Positions 36,469 through 46,604 of a stretch of 64,000 nucleotides of DNA are shown piece after piece. Each line of letters opens with the position of its first letter. The first letter of the stretch is position 1. The stretch lies in the NCBI GenBank assembly GCA_007118495.1, contig SKRM01000033.1, positions 9,201-73,200 of the forward strand, written 5' to 3'. The position numbers and the translations under genes were made by a program. The stretch is from Bacteroidales bacterium (GTDB taxonomy: Bacteria > Bacteroidota > Bacteroidia > Bacteroidales > UBA7960). Under the pieces are notes generated by a model. It was not told where the DNA came from, did no database searches, and was given only the letters and a program-made list of their open reading frames with translations.

Positions 36469-37395
36469 CTAAACATTGACACGTTGTATATTAAGCTGGT
36501 CAAGGTTCATCGTTCCGACACTCATCTCACCGGCTATGCGAAGATGACCTATGTCTTCTGGCTGATGCCCAAGCATGAGACTGCCTGCTACATCTACGGC
36601 CAATATGTCGGTTGAAACCAGCAGGCTGCGCATTCTGGTAAGATCGCTTTCAGATGTCCCGCGCGGTCCGTTTTGTGTCATTACAAGGTATGCGTCAACA
36701 ATATTCAGGTCTGGTTTGCGATACAGACAAAAGTCAGCGATACATTGATGAAGGTCGTTACGATGCCAGAAGCGGCGATCCCATACCAGCCCCATCAGGT
36801 TTTTCATTGCTATGGTTATGGTAGTTGAAGCATGATGCTTCAAAATGGGGACATTGATAAAAACGTCACTTTGTAAAAGCCTTTCATGTACCTTTGCTGT
36901 GGTCAGGCGTTTGGCTCCGGGAATGGACACTTCCTGGTAATAACGTTCGAGATTTGCCGGTAGCATTTGCCCCCCGGCCCTTCTAACCGCAGCCTCAATT
37001 CCACTGTTTTCATATGACCGCTGCCAGTTGTCGCATGTGTGATCGTAAACAAAAACCCTGGCAGCACCCAGTGCAAGGCAGTCTTCAACAATGGCTGCCA
37101 CAAGTTCGGGATTTGTATTGGCGGCTCGTTCAGGTGGTACATCCCAGCTGGCATTGGGTTTAATGGTTACGGTCTGACCTGCCTTGACAAAAAGACCGAG
37201 GCCTCCCATTTCTTCCATGGCCTTACGATACATTTGGACGGGTTCACCTCCTCTGACCGCCACCAGATCATACCTCCCCGGGCTGAATGTGTGACTTTTT
37301 GCGGCAAAAAGCGGTATTTTGCCAATGGTTGATGCATAAAGACTGCCCAGTGCTGAATATATAAAGCCTTTTCTGATAAATTGCCGTCTATCCAT
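36469..37395 (-). CDS. DUF362 domain protein with twin-arginine (Tat) signal
   Basis: The start is moved to MDRRQFIRKGFIYSALGSLYAS, a Tat consensus RRxFI. The track start at 37425 is a TTG that sits inside a TATTTTTG promoter motif. Confidence 0.75.
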   Translation of the reverse strand: MDRRQFIRKGFIYSALGSLYASTIGKIPLFAAKSHTFSPGRYDLVAVRGGEPVQMYRKAMEEMGGLGLFVKAGQTVTIKPNASWDVPPERAANTNPELVAAIVEDCLALGAARVFVYDHTCDNWQRSYENSGIEAAVRRAGGQMLPANLERYYQEVSIPGAKRLTTAKVHERLLQSDVFINVPILKHHASTTITIAMKNLMGLVWDRRFWHRNDLHQCIADFCLYRKPDLNIVDAYLVMTQNGPRGTSESDLTRMRSLLVSTDILAVDVAGSLMLGHQPEDIGHLRIAGEMSVGTMNLDQLNIQRVNV

Positions 37396-37422
37396 GGAGA
37401 AATTGTATTTAAGATTGTAATG

Positions 37423-37430
37423 CAAAAATA
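37423..37430 (-). promoter_or_regulatory. Bacteroidota -7 promoter motif TATTTTTG for the DUF362/polyferredoxin operon
   Basis: The minus-strand TATTTTTG ends 27 nt upstream of the ATG at 37395. Confidence 0.4.
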
Positions 37431-37451
37431 TAATTTCAAGCTAGTTTTTTA

Positions 37452-37459
37452 TATTTTTG
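37452..37459 (+). promoter_or_regulatory. Bacteroidota -7 promoter motif TATTTTTG for the divergent membrane-protein gene
   Basis: Plus-strand TATTTTTG 59 nt upstream of the ATG at 37518, placed back to back with the motif at 37423-37430. Confidence 0.35.
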
Positions 37460-37517
37460 GTGATCCAAACACAATTTAACAAGCTTATTTATAATCATTT
37501 TATACAAAATTAAGCCT

Positions 37518-38030
37518 ATGCATCCCAACCAGATAGTATCCAATCCTGCCTTCGCCCAGACCAACATCCGGGCACTGGTATTTGATTTGTTTGCCATTTT
37601 GTTTATCTATATGGTGCCAACCCTCACCCATTTGATTGGGATTAAGTTATATATGCTTGAACCCATGAGGCTTATGGTGATTCTGGCCATGGTGCATACC
37701 AGACGTCAGAATGCCTATATCCTGGCTATGACACTTCCGCTTTTCTCATTTGTTGTGGCCTCTCATCCTGTTTTTATTAAATCGGCACTTATTGGTGTGG
37801 AGTTGCTGGCTATGGTATTTGCATTTTTTACACTAACCCGTTTCATGCATAAACTAGCTGCCATTTTTATCAGCATATGGATCAGTAAATTGCTTTATTA
37901 TCTGCTGAAGTATCTCGCTATAATGACCGTCCTGCCCGCAGAACCTCTTGTGGGAACCCCACTATTGCTGCAGTTGCTTACTTCGGCAATATTCAGTTTC
38001 TACGTTTTTCTTTTATTCAGAGATAAATAG
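37518..38030 (+). CDS. small polytopic membrane protein, unknown function
   Basis: 170 aa with about five hydrophobic helices and no recognisable motif. Confidence 0.6.
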   Translation: MHPNQIVSNPAFAQTNIRALVFDLFAILFIYMVPTLTHLIGIKLYMLEPMRLMVILAMVHTRRQNAYILAMTLPLFSFVVASHPVFIKSALIGVELLAMVFAFFTLTRFMHKLAAIFISIWISKLLYYLLKYLAIMTVLPAEPLVGTPLLLQLLTSAIFSFYVFLLFRDK

Positions 38031-38081
38031 GGAGGTTGAATTTAGAACCCTTCCAAACCCCGGATTATTTATCTTTGCGCC

Positions 38082-38675
38082 ATGATAATCATTGGCGACA
38101 CCCTTATTTCAGATGAAGTTTACACAGAGCAGTTTCTCTGTGACCTTGCGGTATGTAAGGGAGGATGTTGTGTTCATGGAGATGCTGGTGCCCCCCTTGA
38201 AGCAGATGAAGCGGAGCAGCTTGAAGAAATATATGACATTGTCAGGCCGTTTATGATGGCAGAAGGCATTGATGCCTCTGCCAGGCAAGGATTGTGGGTC
38301 AGAGATGAGGAAAATGAACTGACAACACCCCTTGTTGATGGAAAACAGTGCGCATATGTGTTTTTTGATGGTGAAGGTGTGGCAAAATGCGCCATAGAAG
38401 CGGCATTTGATCTGCAACTCATCGATTTTCAGAAACCTATTTCTTGCCATCTTTATCCCATTCGCCTGATCAAATACCCCCATTACGAAGCCTTGAACTA
38501 TCATCGCTGGCCCATTTGTGATTGCGCAAGAAAAAAAGGTAAGGCCTTGAATGTAAGGGTTTATAGATTCGTGAAAGATGCACTTATACGCAAATATGGT
38601 CGGGAATGGTATGAAGAACTTGAGTCATATATCCAATTCAGCCTTGAGCAAGTTCCCGGGCAGCCCGACATGTAA
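38082..38675 (+). CDS. DUF3109-family cysteine-rich protein
   Basis: 197 aa with an N-terminal CDLAVCKGGCCVHG cysteine cluster and later C...C residues, as in DUF3109. Confidence 0.65.
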   Translation: MIIIGDTLISDEVYTEQFLCDLAVCKGGCCVHGDAGAPLEADEAEQLEEIYDIVRPFMMAEGIDASARQGLWVRDEENELTTPLVDGKQCAYVFFDGEGVAKCAIEAAFDLQLIDFQKPISCHLYPIRLIKYPHYEALNYHRWPICDCARKKGKALNVRVYRFVKDALIRKYGREWYEELESYIQFSLEQVPGQPDM

Positions 38676-38690
38676 GCCTGATCTTAAAGA

Positions 38691-40208
38691 CTACAAGTTT
38701 TCAGTTGCCCTGGCTATTCTCGTCAAAACTTCTTCTTTTCCAAGTATCTCCATGATCTCTTTCAGGTCAGGTCCTTTTCCTTCACCTACCAACGCCAGTC
38801 TGAGGCCAGGCATAATCTGCCCCATACCGGTGCCGGTTTCATCCATATATGACTGGAATGCCTTGCTTATGTTTTCTACATCAAACGGAATTGCTTCTTT
38901 GAGATGTTTTTCCAGTGCATTCAAAATGCCTGGAGTTTCTGGCTTCCACTTCTTGCGCGCAAAGGCTTCATCATAACTTGAGGGTGCAATGAAAAGAAAA
39001 GCGGTTTGTTCCCACATCTCATGTATAAAATTGATTCTTTCTCTGACCATAGCCGTAATTCTGATGGCTTTTTGGGTGTCAATTTGCATATCTTTCTCCT
39101 CAAGCAGCCTGATATAACTGGCTGCCAGCTCTTCAGTTGATTTGCTTTGCAAATATTGATGGTTGAACCATTTTGCTTTTTCGGGGTCAAATTTCGATCC
39201 TGATTTACCCACCCTGTCTAATGTGAAGCTTTCAATTAGCTCATCCATGGTAAACATCTCCTGATCTGTGCCCGGATTCCAACCTAAGAGTGCCAGTATG
39301 TTTACAAATGCCTCCGAAAAATAACCTGATTCCTTGTAGCCTGAAGATAGTTCACCGCTTTTGGGATCTTTCCATGCCAGCGGAAATACGGGAAACCCTA
39401 ATCTGTCTCCATCCCTTTTGCTGAGTTTTCCATTTCCGTCAGGTTTTAAAAGGAGGGGGAGGTGGGCAAATAAAGGCATGCTTTGGTGCCATCCAAAGAA
39501 TTCATAGAGCAAAACATGCAAAGGTGCCGATGGGAGCCATTCTTCTCCACGAATAACATGAGATACCTGCATGAGATGGTCGTCGACGACATTGGCCAGG
39601 TGGTAGGTGGGCATCCCATCGCTTTTGAATAAAACCTTGTCGTCGAGCAATGAACTGTTTACCCTGACCTGACCGCGGATCAGATCGTTAACCACGATTT
39701 CTCTGCCTTCAGGTATGTGCGCCCTGATCACGTAGTGATTTCCTGATGCAATATGATCATTTACCTGATCTTTGGACATGGTCAGGGAGTTTTTCATCTC
39801 CATACGGGTATGGCAGTCATATTGCGGGTTTGATAACTTTTCTGACTCAAGCCTTTTGCGCATGGCTTCCAGCTCGGCTGGTGTGTCAAAGGCATAATAG
39901 GCATGTCCGCTCTCAATCAACTGCAGGGCATATTTCCGGTATAATTCTTTGCGCTCAGACTGGCGATAGGGCCTATGGGGCCCATCCTTATCTGGTCCTT
40001 CATCCCACAGTATCCCGCACCAGGCTAAAGACTCCATAATGTATTCTTCAGCACCCGGCACATAGCGTGACTGGTCTGTGTCTTCTATACGCAAAATGAA
40101 TCTGCCGTTGTGTTTTTTTGCAAACAGGTAGTTGTAAAGAGCTGTTCTTACGCCACCCATATGTAAGGGTCCTGTGGGGCTTGGGGCGAATCTGACTGTA
40201 ACACTCAT
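38691..40208 (-). CDS. gltX: glutamate--tRNA ligase
   Basis: 505 aa with a HIGH-type motif (PTGPLHMGG), a KMSKS-type motif (KLSKR) and the class I GluRS layout. Confidence 0.95.
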   Translation of the reverse strand: MSVTVRFAPSPTGPLHMGGVRTALYNYLFAKKHNGRFILRIEDTDQSRYVPGAEEYIMESLAWCGILWDEGPDKDGPHRPYRQSERKELYRKYALQLIESGHAYYAFDTPAELEAMRKRLESEKLSNPQYDCHTRMEMKNSLTMSKDQVNDHIASGNHYVIRAHIPEGREIVVNDLIRGQVRVNSSLLDDKVLFKSDGMPTYHLANVVDDHLMQVSHVIRGEEWLPSAPLHVLLYEFFGWHQSMPLFAHLPLLLKPDGNGKLSKRDGDRLGFPVFPLAWKDPKSGELSSGYKESGYFSEAFVNILALLGWNPGTDQEMFTMDELIESFTLDRVGKSGSKFDPEKAKWFNHQYLQSKSTEELAASYIRLLEEKDMQIDTQKAIRITAMVRERINFIHEMWEQTAFLFIAPSSYDEAFARKKWKPETPGILNALEKHLKEAIPFDVENISKAFQSYMDETGTGMGQIMPGLRLALVGEGKGPDLKEIMEILGKEEVLTRIARATENL

Positions 40209-40269
40209 AAGATCAAGAATATTTGTGCCGGCTTATTTAAAACCTTAAAGGGTGCAAAGAAACAAAAAT

Positions 40270-40917
40270 CTACAGGAAGAACAATACCCTGATGATCAGA
40301 ATTGCACCGAATAATATGAGTATCACACCCACTACACGGTTGATGAGTGTGAGAATCCTGATGCTGAGGTACTGCCTGATTTTTTGTGAAACAAAAACCT
40401 TTAGGATATCTGTGCCGAATATGGCAGCCAGGGTGGCAATAAAAAATACATTTATTTCGGCCGAGGGGATCCCATATTTGGCACTGGCAATACCCGAAAC
40501 GCTCACCCAGAATATGAGCAGGAAGGGATTGGTGATATTTAGAAAGAATCCTTTTGACAAATGCTTGAAAAATCTACCGCCAGTTGCTGGTATTTTGAGG
40601 TTTACCGGTGAAGGGATGGAATACTTTCGCTGAAAATTTATGATGCCAAATATGATCAGTACGCTGCCTCCAATGATTCCAAGAACCAAATATTGTCTGT
40701 CAGAACCGAACAACTGGAGCAGGCCGAAGTAACTTAACCCTATAAGAAACAGATCGCTTAAAGCGATGCCAGTGGCAAATTGAATGCCAGCATAAATCCC
40801 CCGGCTGATACTGGTTTGTACAAGTGATATAAAGCCCGGACCAACCAGAAAGGCCAGGGTCAATCCCAAAACCAAGCCTTCAATCAGTGCTGCTGTCATT
40901 GTACTATACCCGAACAA
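40270..40917 (-). CDS. LysE/RhtB family amino-acid exporter
   Basis: 215 aa, 6 TM, with the typical N-terminal GLxLAFxxGP block. Confidence 0.8.
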   Translation of the reverse strand: MFGYSTMTAALIEGLVLGLTLAFLVGPGFISLVQTSISRGIYAGIQFATGIALSDLFLIGLSYFGLLQLFGSDRQYLVLGIIGGSVLIIFGIINFQRKYSIPSPVNLKIPATGGRFFKHLSKGFFLNITNPFLLIFWVSVSGIASAKYGIPSAEINVFFIATLAAIFGTDILKVFVSQKIRQYLSIRILTLINRVVGVILILFGAILIIRVLFFL

Positions 40918-40921
40918 AAAA

Positions 40922-42454
40922 TTACTTGCTGATAAATGTTTCCCAATCTGAAAGTACTTTGTCTTTTATTACCCTTGGGAATTTATTCTGTGCCCCCTCT
41001 TTTCCCTTTTCTTTCATCCAGTTATAAAACACCTTTGAAGGTAAAACCCTGACTATGACATCCTCAATTGCTGCGATGCGTTCAACCCGATAGTCATCAT
41101 TGAGAATCTTCAGGTTATCATCAATTTTTTTCCTGAGTAACAGGGGGTCGACTTCGCTGTCGGTACCTATAAACCATTTGTGGGCGAACATTGATCCATG
41201 TTTTATCCCCGCTACGGTGAATTCACGTATTTCGATATTTAGTTGGTCTTCAGCCATTTTGATGGCCATATTCATATTTTCAACCGACATATGTTCTCCG
41301 CAGAGGTTAAGAAATTGCTTTGTTCTGCCGGTAATGACTATCTCATTTCGCCTTAAATCTGTGAATTTGATTACATCACCGATCAGATATCTCCACGCCC
41401 CTGCACATGTACTGAGGATAAGGGCATACTCCTTCCCCTCGGTGACAGTGTCAATGGTAAGTGTTTTTGCACCAGGTTTTATATTTCCCTGTGCGTCAAA
41501 ATTTTCTGAATCGAAGGGGATAAACTCAAAAAACAGACCATTGTCCAATGCCAACTGCATGCTGTTGGTGTCAGGTCTGCTTTGAAAAGCAATAAAACCT
41601 TCTGAGGCCAGATAGGTCTCAATATAGGTCAGGGGTTTGCCCAGTAGTTTCTCAAAGCCCTTTATATAAGGTGCAAAAGATACGCCCCCATGCACAAATA
41701 TGGAAAGGTTTGGCCAGATCTCATGTATGTGTTTGACATGGTAGTGTTCGATGATCTTTTCAATCAGAATCTGCCACCACGCCGGCACTCCTACAATAAT
41801 ACCAATGTCCCATTGGGGAGCCTTTGCCACTATCTCTTCGAGTTTGGTAGGCCAATCTCTCTCTTTGGATATGCGTTTACCAGGTTTATAAAAATGCTGA
41901 AACCAAAATGGAATATTCTTGGTGGTAATGCCCGACAGGTCACCTTCAAAATATGTGCCGTTAAACTGAAGGTGGGTGCTGCCACCCAGCATCAGGATAC
42001 CCTTTTGGTAGAATGAAATTGGAAAGTCATACCGGGCCAGGGAAAATATTTGTTTGATGCTTGTTTTTTTTATGGCCTTCAGCATGCTTGCCGTCACGGG
42101 AATATGCTTACTGGATGATTCAGATGTGCCTGAACTCAATGCGAAGTATTTAACTTTTCCCGGCCAGCAAACATAAGGTTCTCCATTCAATGTTCTGTAC
42201 CACCATTCTCTGAAAATAGTATTGTAATCATAGAGGGGAACAGTTGACTGAAATGCTGATACAGGATCATTTTTCTTCAGGATGTTATCGAAATTATAAT
42301 GCTCTCCAAAGGCTGTGCCGGCTGCCTTTTTAAGTAATTTTTTCAGTTCGCGTTTTTGGGCAAGTGTTGCATTGGAAGTCTGAAAAATGGCAGGCATTCT
42401 GCTTCGCAGCTCTATGGCACGCTTTATAATGGAACCTAGAATGGGCATTGGCAA
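40922..42454 (-). CDS. GH3 family (acyl-adenylate-forming amido synthetase-like) protein
   Basis: 510 aa with the bacterial GH3-family layout, including an SSGTSE adenylation motif. Confidence 0.8.
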   Translation of the reverse strand: MPMPILGSIIKRAIELRSRMPAIFQTSNATLAQKRELKKLLKKAAGTAFGEHYNFDNILKKNDPVSAFQSTVPLYDYNTIFREWWYRTLNGEPYVCWPGKVKYFALSSGTSESSSKHIPVTASMLKAIKKTSIKQIFSLARYDFPISFYQKGILMLGGSTHLQFNGTYFEGDLSGITTKNIPFWFQHFYKPGKRISKERDWPTKLEEIVAKAPQWDIGIIVGVPAWWQILIEKIIEHYHVKHIHEIWPNLSIFVHGGVSFAPYIKGFEKLLGKPLTYIETYLASEGFIAFQSRPDTNSMQLALDNGLFFEFIPFDSENFDAQGNIKPGAKTLTIDTVTEGKEYALILSTCAGAWRYLIGDVIKFTDLRRNEIVITGRTKQFLNLCGEHMSVENMNMAIKMAEDQLNIEIREFTVAGIKHGSMFAHKWFIGTDSEVDPLLLRKKIDDNLKILNDDYRVERIAAIEDVIVRVLPSKVFYNWMKEKGKEGAQNKFPRVIKDKVLSDWETFISK

Positions 42455-42510
42455 CGGTTTTTGTGCATATGTGCATATAAAAATACAAAACTATTGCATA
42501 ATACTAAGGT

Positions 42511-44235
42511 CTATGTATTGATCCAACTTGTGACCTCTTCAATACCAGGTGCAGGAATATCAAGTTTTAGTTTTTTTCTGAGGCCGCACAGCTGATTGAA
42601 TACTTTGTTGGGATTGGCTTCATGCAAAGATTTCAGGCTGCCATATCCCGCCTGTTCAAGAAGCTCTGCCCATTGTCCCGGAATGCCGGCCTGGGTAAAT
42701 TCAGCGTATGAGCCCTGGACACTGGCTGTTTTTTCCGGGCGCATTTGTGGGAAAAACAATACATCCTGGATGCTTTTACTATTTGTGAGAATCATGGCTA
42801 ATCTGTCAATCCCGATCCCAAGGCCTGCGGTTGGAGGCATCCCTGTTTCAATGGCCTTAAGGAAGTCTTCGTCAAGCATCATGGCTTCAGGATCACCCCT
42901 GCGGCCCAGTTCAATCTGTTCTTCAAAACGTTGTCGCTGATCAATGGGATCATTGAGTTCACTAAAAGCGTTGCAGATTTCCTTGCCATTGCAAATGGCT
43001 TCAAATCGCTCTACCAAGCCGGGTTTGCTCCTGTGTTTCTTTGCCAGTGGTGACATTTCAACCGGGTAGTCAGTGATAAAGGTAGGTTGGATCAGATGGG
43101 GTTCACACTTTTCACCAAATATTTCGTCGATGAGCTTTCCCCTGCCCATTGACTGGTCTGTTTCTATTCCAATATTTTGTGCGAAGTCACGCATCCGGGC
43201 TTCGTCCATATCAGAGATATCCGTGCCGGTAAAATGCTCAATGGCTTCGTACATGGTATATCTTTTCCATGGCCGTTTAAAATCAATGGTATGCTCACCA
43301 ACCTGCAAACTGGTGGTCTCATGCATGTCGAGCGCAATATTTTCAACCATTTCTTCTACCAGGTCCATCATCCAATCATAGTCTTTATAGGCTACATAAA
43401 GTTCCATTTGGGTGAATTCTGGATTGTGGAAGCGGCTCATACCTTCATTACGGAAATCTTTTGCAAACTCAAATACACCATCAAATCCACCCACGATCAA
43501 CCGCTTCAGGTATAATTCATTGGCGATTCTGAGGTAAAGTGTTGTTTCAAGGGTATTATGGTAGGTTTTAAAAGGTCTGGCCGCTGCACCTCCATATATG
43601 GGTTGTAAAACGGGAGTTTCTACTTCGAGGTAACCACGTTTTAGCAGAAAATCTCTCATGCTCTGAATCAGGGTAGCCCGTTGGCGGAAAACTTCTTTTA
43701 CTTCAGAGTTTACAATGAGATCAAGGTATCGTTGCCTGTACCTTTGCTCAGGATCAGTAAAGGCATGGTATATCTTTCCCTCTTTTTCCTTTACCACAGG
43801 CAAGGGGCGCAGTGATTTGCACAAAATTGTAAACTCTTTCACATGCACGGTGGTCTCACCCATTTTTGTTACAAAAACAAATCCCCTGACGCCAATAATG
43901 TCTCCGATGTCGGTCAGACGTTTGAAAACAGTATTGTACATTGTTTTGTCATCTGAAAGACAAATCTCGTCCCGGTTGAAATATAACTGAATTCTGCCGC
44001 TATCGTCTTGTATCTCTGCAAATGAAGCAGAACCCATAATACGTCTGCTCATAATGCGACCGGCTACCTGTACATCCTGATAAAGTGATTGGTTGTTGGG
44101 GAAGTTCTCTTTAATTTCTCTTGCACAGGCATTTATCATAAAGGTTTGCGGTGGATATGGGTCGATGCCAAGTTCTTGCAGTTCCCTTAGGGCGTCACGC
44201 CTTATTTGCTCCTGTTCGCTGATTTTTTGAATCAT
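42511..44235 (-). CDS. lysS: lysine--tRNA ligase (class II, long form with C-terminal extension)
   Basis: 574 aa with an OB anticodon-binding domain and class II motifs ([14 protein letters not shown]). The extra C-terminal tail of about 70 aa is typical of Bacteroidota. Confidence 0.95.
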   Translation of the reverse strand: MIQKISEQEQIRRDALRELQELGIDPYPPQTFMINACAREIKENFPNNQSLYQDVQVAGRIMSRRIMGSASFAEIQDDSGRIQLYFNRDEICLSDDKTMYNTVFKRLTDIGDIIGVRGFVFVTKMGETTVHVKEFTILCKSLRPLPVVKEKEGKIYHAFTDPEQRYRQRYLDLIVNSEVKEVFRQRATLIQSMRDFLLKRGYLEVETPVLQPIYGGAAARPFKTYHNTLETTLYLRIANELYLKRLIVGGFDGVFEFAKDFRNEGMSRFHNPEFTQMELYVAYKDYDWMMDLVEEMVENIALDMHETTSLQVGEHTIDFKRPWKRYTMYEAIEHFTGTDISDMDEARMRDFAQNIGIETDQSMGRGKLIDEIFGEKCEPHLIQPTFITDYPVEMSPLAKKHRSKPGLVERFEAICNGKEICNAFSELNDPIDQRQRFEEQIELGRRGDPEAMMLDEDFLKAIETGMPPTAGLGIGIDRLAMILTNSKSIQDVLFFPQMRPEKTASVQGSYAEFTQAGIPGQWAELLEQAGYGSLKSLHEANPNKVFNQLCGLRKKLKLDIPAPGIEEVTSWINT

Positions 44236-44263
44236 TTTACTGTTATTGATTGAAATGAATGTG

Positions 44264-44271
44264 CAAAGGTA
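44264..44271 (-). promoter_or_regulatory. Bacteroidota -7 promoter motif TACCTTTG upstream of lysS
   Basis: CAAAGGTA on the plus strand is TAnnTTTG on the minus strand, 29 nt upstream of the lysS ATG. Confidence 0.4.
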
Positions 44272-44383
44272 ATAAGAAAGTTCAGTACTTCTTCAGTGTG
44301 GGGGTGACACCCAGTGAATTGGACAGAAAGCCTTACTTTTGCAAATGGTAACACATTTTTGTTGATCATTAAAAGAACCGAAT

Positions 44384-45808
44384 TTGTCAAGAAAGAAAAA
44401 AAAAGACCTCCCTTTACTTGAAAAGGTTGAGATTACGGGCGTGGCAGCTGAGGGAAAAGCCATAGCCAGGGTGGGAGACAAGGTAGTGTTTGTCCCTTTT
44501 GCTGCTCCCGGTGATGTTGTCGATGTTAAGCTGACCCGGTCAAGGAGAAAATTTATGGAAGGCCGGATACAGCAGATACATAAATTATCGGCCGACAGGG
44601 TTGAACCATTTTGCGTCCATTTTGGTATTTGTGGAGGCTGCAGGTGGCAGCACCTGCCCTATGAAACCCAGCTTGAGCTTAAGCAGCAGCAGGTTGTGGA
44701 CAATATGACAAGAATTGGGAAAATAAGCACTGTGCAGTGTGCCATACGGCCCATTGAACGATCAGAAAAGACGACTTTTTACAGAAATAAACTGGAGTTT
44801 ACCTTTTCAGAAAAAAGATGGTTAACCAAAGAAGAAATCGACAGCAAAGCAGAGGTAAAAGACATGCATGCTTTGGGATTCCATGTTCCGGGCAGATTTG
44901 ATAAAGTTATGGATGTTGAAAAATGTTGGCTGCAGCCTGAACCTTCAAATGCGATCAGGCAATGGCTGAAATCATATGCCATCTCATCAGGTCTGTCCTT
45001 TTTTAACCTGAGTACCAATGAAGGGTTCTTAAGGAATCTGATTATAAGGAATACACTGAAAGGTGAATTGATGGTTGTGGTGGTTTTTGGTGAGGACAAC
45101 CCGAAGGTAATTAAGGTGCTGCTTGAGTCACTGCACAGTCATTTCCCAGAAATTCAAAGTCTTTTTTATGTTGTGAATGCCAAGCAAAACAGCAGCCTTT
45201 CTGATTTGAATCCAATACTAGCCAAGGGCAAACCTTTTCTTGAAGAGCTTATGGGGACACTTCGGTTTCGAATCGGTCCCAAATCGTTTTTTCAGACAAA
45301 TGCTGTTCAGGCGCACAAGCTGTATGAGATTGCCCTTGATTTTGCCGGACTGACCGGAAAAGAGACGGTGTATGACCTCTATACAGGTGCGGGAACCATT
45401 GCATGCTTTATCTCATCAGCAGCAGATAAAGTAATAGGTATAGAATATATTGAAGAGGCAGTAGTCCATGCCAGGGAGAATGCTGCACTGAATAATATTA
45501 CCAACACCACCTTTATTGCAGGAGATATGGCCAGGGTTTTCAACACCGAACTTATGGATCGTTGTGGGCGACCCCATGTGATCATCACAGATCCGCCCAG
45601 GGCCGGAATGCATCCTGACGTGATTGGCAGGATCATTGAAAGCGGTGCAGACACCATTGTATATGTAAGTTGCAATCCTGCGACACAAGCCAGAGATATT
45701 CAGCTGCTTTCTGCTTCATATCGTCCTGTTGTGATGCAGGCGGTGGATATGTTTCCACAGACACATCATGTGGAGAACGTTGTCAAACTTGAAAGAATCA
45801 GAAATTAA
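44384..45808 (+). CDS. rlmD: 23S rRNA (uracil-C5)-methyltransferase RlmD-like (TRAM domain, Fe-S cysteines, SAM MTase)
   Basis: 474 aa with a TTG start, a TRAM-like N-terminus, a CVHFGICGGCRWQH cluster and a C-terminal SAM motif (DLYTGAGT) with the catalytic SCNP. Confidence 0.85.
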   Translation: MSRKKKKDLPLLEKVEITGVAAEGKAIARVGDKVVFVPFAAPGDVVDVKLTRSRRKFMEGRIQQIHKLSADRVEPFCVHFGICGGCRWQHLPYETQLELKQQQVVDNMTRIGKISTVQCAIRPIERSEKTTFYRNKLEFTFSEKRWLTKEEIDSKAEVKDMHALGFHVPGRFDKVMDVEKCWLQPEPSNAIRQWLKSYAISSGLSFFNLSTNEGFLRNLIIRNTLKGELMVVVVFGEDNPKVIKVLLESLHSHFPEIQSLFYVVNAKQNSSLSDLNPILAKGKPFLEELMGTLRFRIGPKSFFQTNAVQAHKLYEIALDFAGLTGKETVYDLYTGAGTIACFISSAADKVIGIEYIEEAVVHARENAALNNITNTTFIAGDMARVFNTELMDRCGRPHVIITDPPRAGMHPDVIGRIIESGADTIVYVSCNPATQARDIQLLSASYRPVVMQAVDMFPQTHHVENVVKLERIRN

Positions 45809-45819
45809 AAAGGTGAGAT

Positions 45820-46482
45820 ATGTTGAATGCATTGGTAATTGGTGCCACTGGCCTGGTCGGTCGTCATCTCATAGAACGTTTGCTGGCTGATCGCCGCTTC
45901 GGTTCTGTTGTGATGTTTGTAAGAAATAAAAGTGGGATTCAGCATGACAGGCTGACAGAGCATGTTATTGATTTTGGCAAACCCGATCAGTGGCAGCATT
46001 TGGTAAAGGGAGATGTTTTATTCTCTGCATTGGGAACCACCAGGAAAAAAGCAGGTGGGAAAACACAGCAATATGCAGTTGATCACGGTTACCAGTTTCA
46101 ATTTGCAGCCGCTGCAGCCAGAAACGGTGTTCCTGTATGTGTCCTGGTTTCGGCGGCAGGAGCAGATCGCCGCTCCGGTTTTTTCTATATGCGCATGAAA
46201 GGCCAGTTGGAAAGTGATATAAAAGAACTGCATTTCAGGCGGCTGGTGTTGATTCGTCCAGGCCCGCTGAAAGGACCGCGAAAAGAGCATCGGATTGGTG
46301 AGAAGATAGGAGTGACCATCATCCATGGCTTAAATTATTTAGGACTATTCAGAAAATACAGACCCATTGATGGTGATACAGTGTCTTGCGCAATGGTTAA
46401 TGCATCTATTGGTGAACGTACCGGAGTTTTGTCATATGCATTGGATGAATTATTCCTGCTGGCCGAACACGGGGCGCTCTGA
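45820..46482 (+). CDS. NAD(P)-binding atypical short-chain dehydrogenase-like protein
   Basis: 220 aa with an N-terminal VIGATGLVG Rossmann motif. Confidence 0.7.
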   Translation: MLNALVIGATGLVGRHLIERLLADRRFGSVVMFVRNKSGIQHDRLTEHVIDFGKPDQWQHLVKGDVLFSALGTTRKKAGGKTQQYAVDHGYQFQFAAAAARNGVPVCVLVSAAGADRRSGFFYMRMKGQLESDIKELHFRRLVLIRPGPLKGPRKEHRIGEKIGVTIIHGLNYLGLFRKYRPIDGDTVSCAMVNASIGERTGVLSYALDELFLLAEHGAL

Positions 46483-46604
46483 GTGCGCGACTAAATAGAG
46501 AACCGCTTCGCTTTCGCATGAAAAAAATCATGTATATTTGAAGGTTGGTCACTATCACTTTTTAATGACCATCCGGATACATGGCTTGCTAGAAATAATT
46601 CAAG

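Noticed and set aside
42463-42478. A tandem 8-mer GTGCATAT x2 between lysS and the GH3 gene.
   Set aside because: There are only two copies with no flanking structure or T-run. This is most simply chance or part of an ordinary promoter or terminator region.
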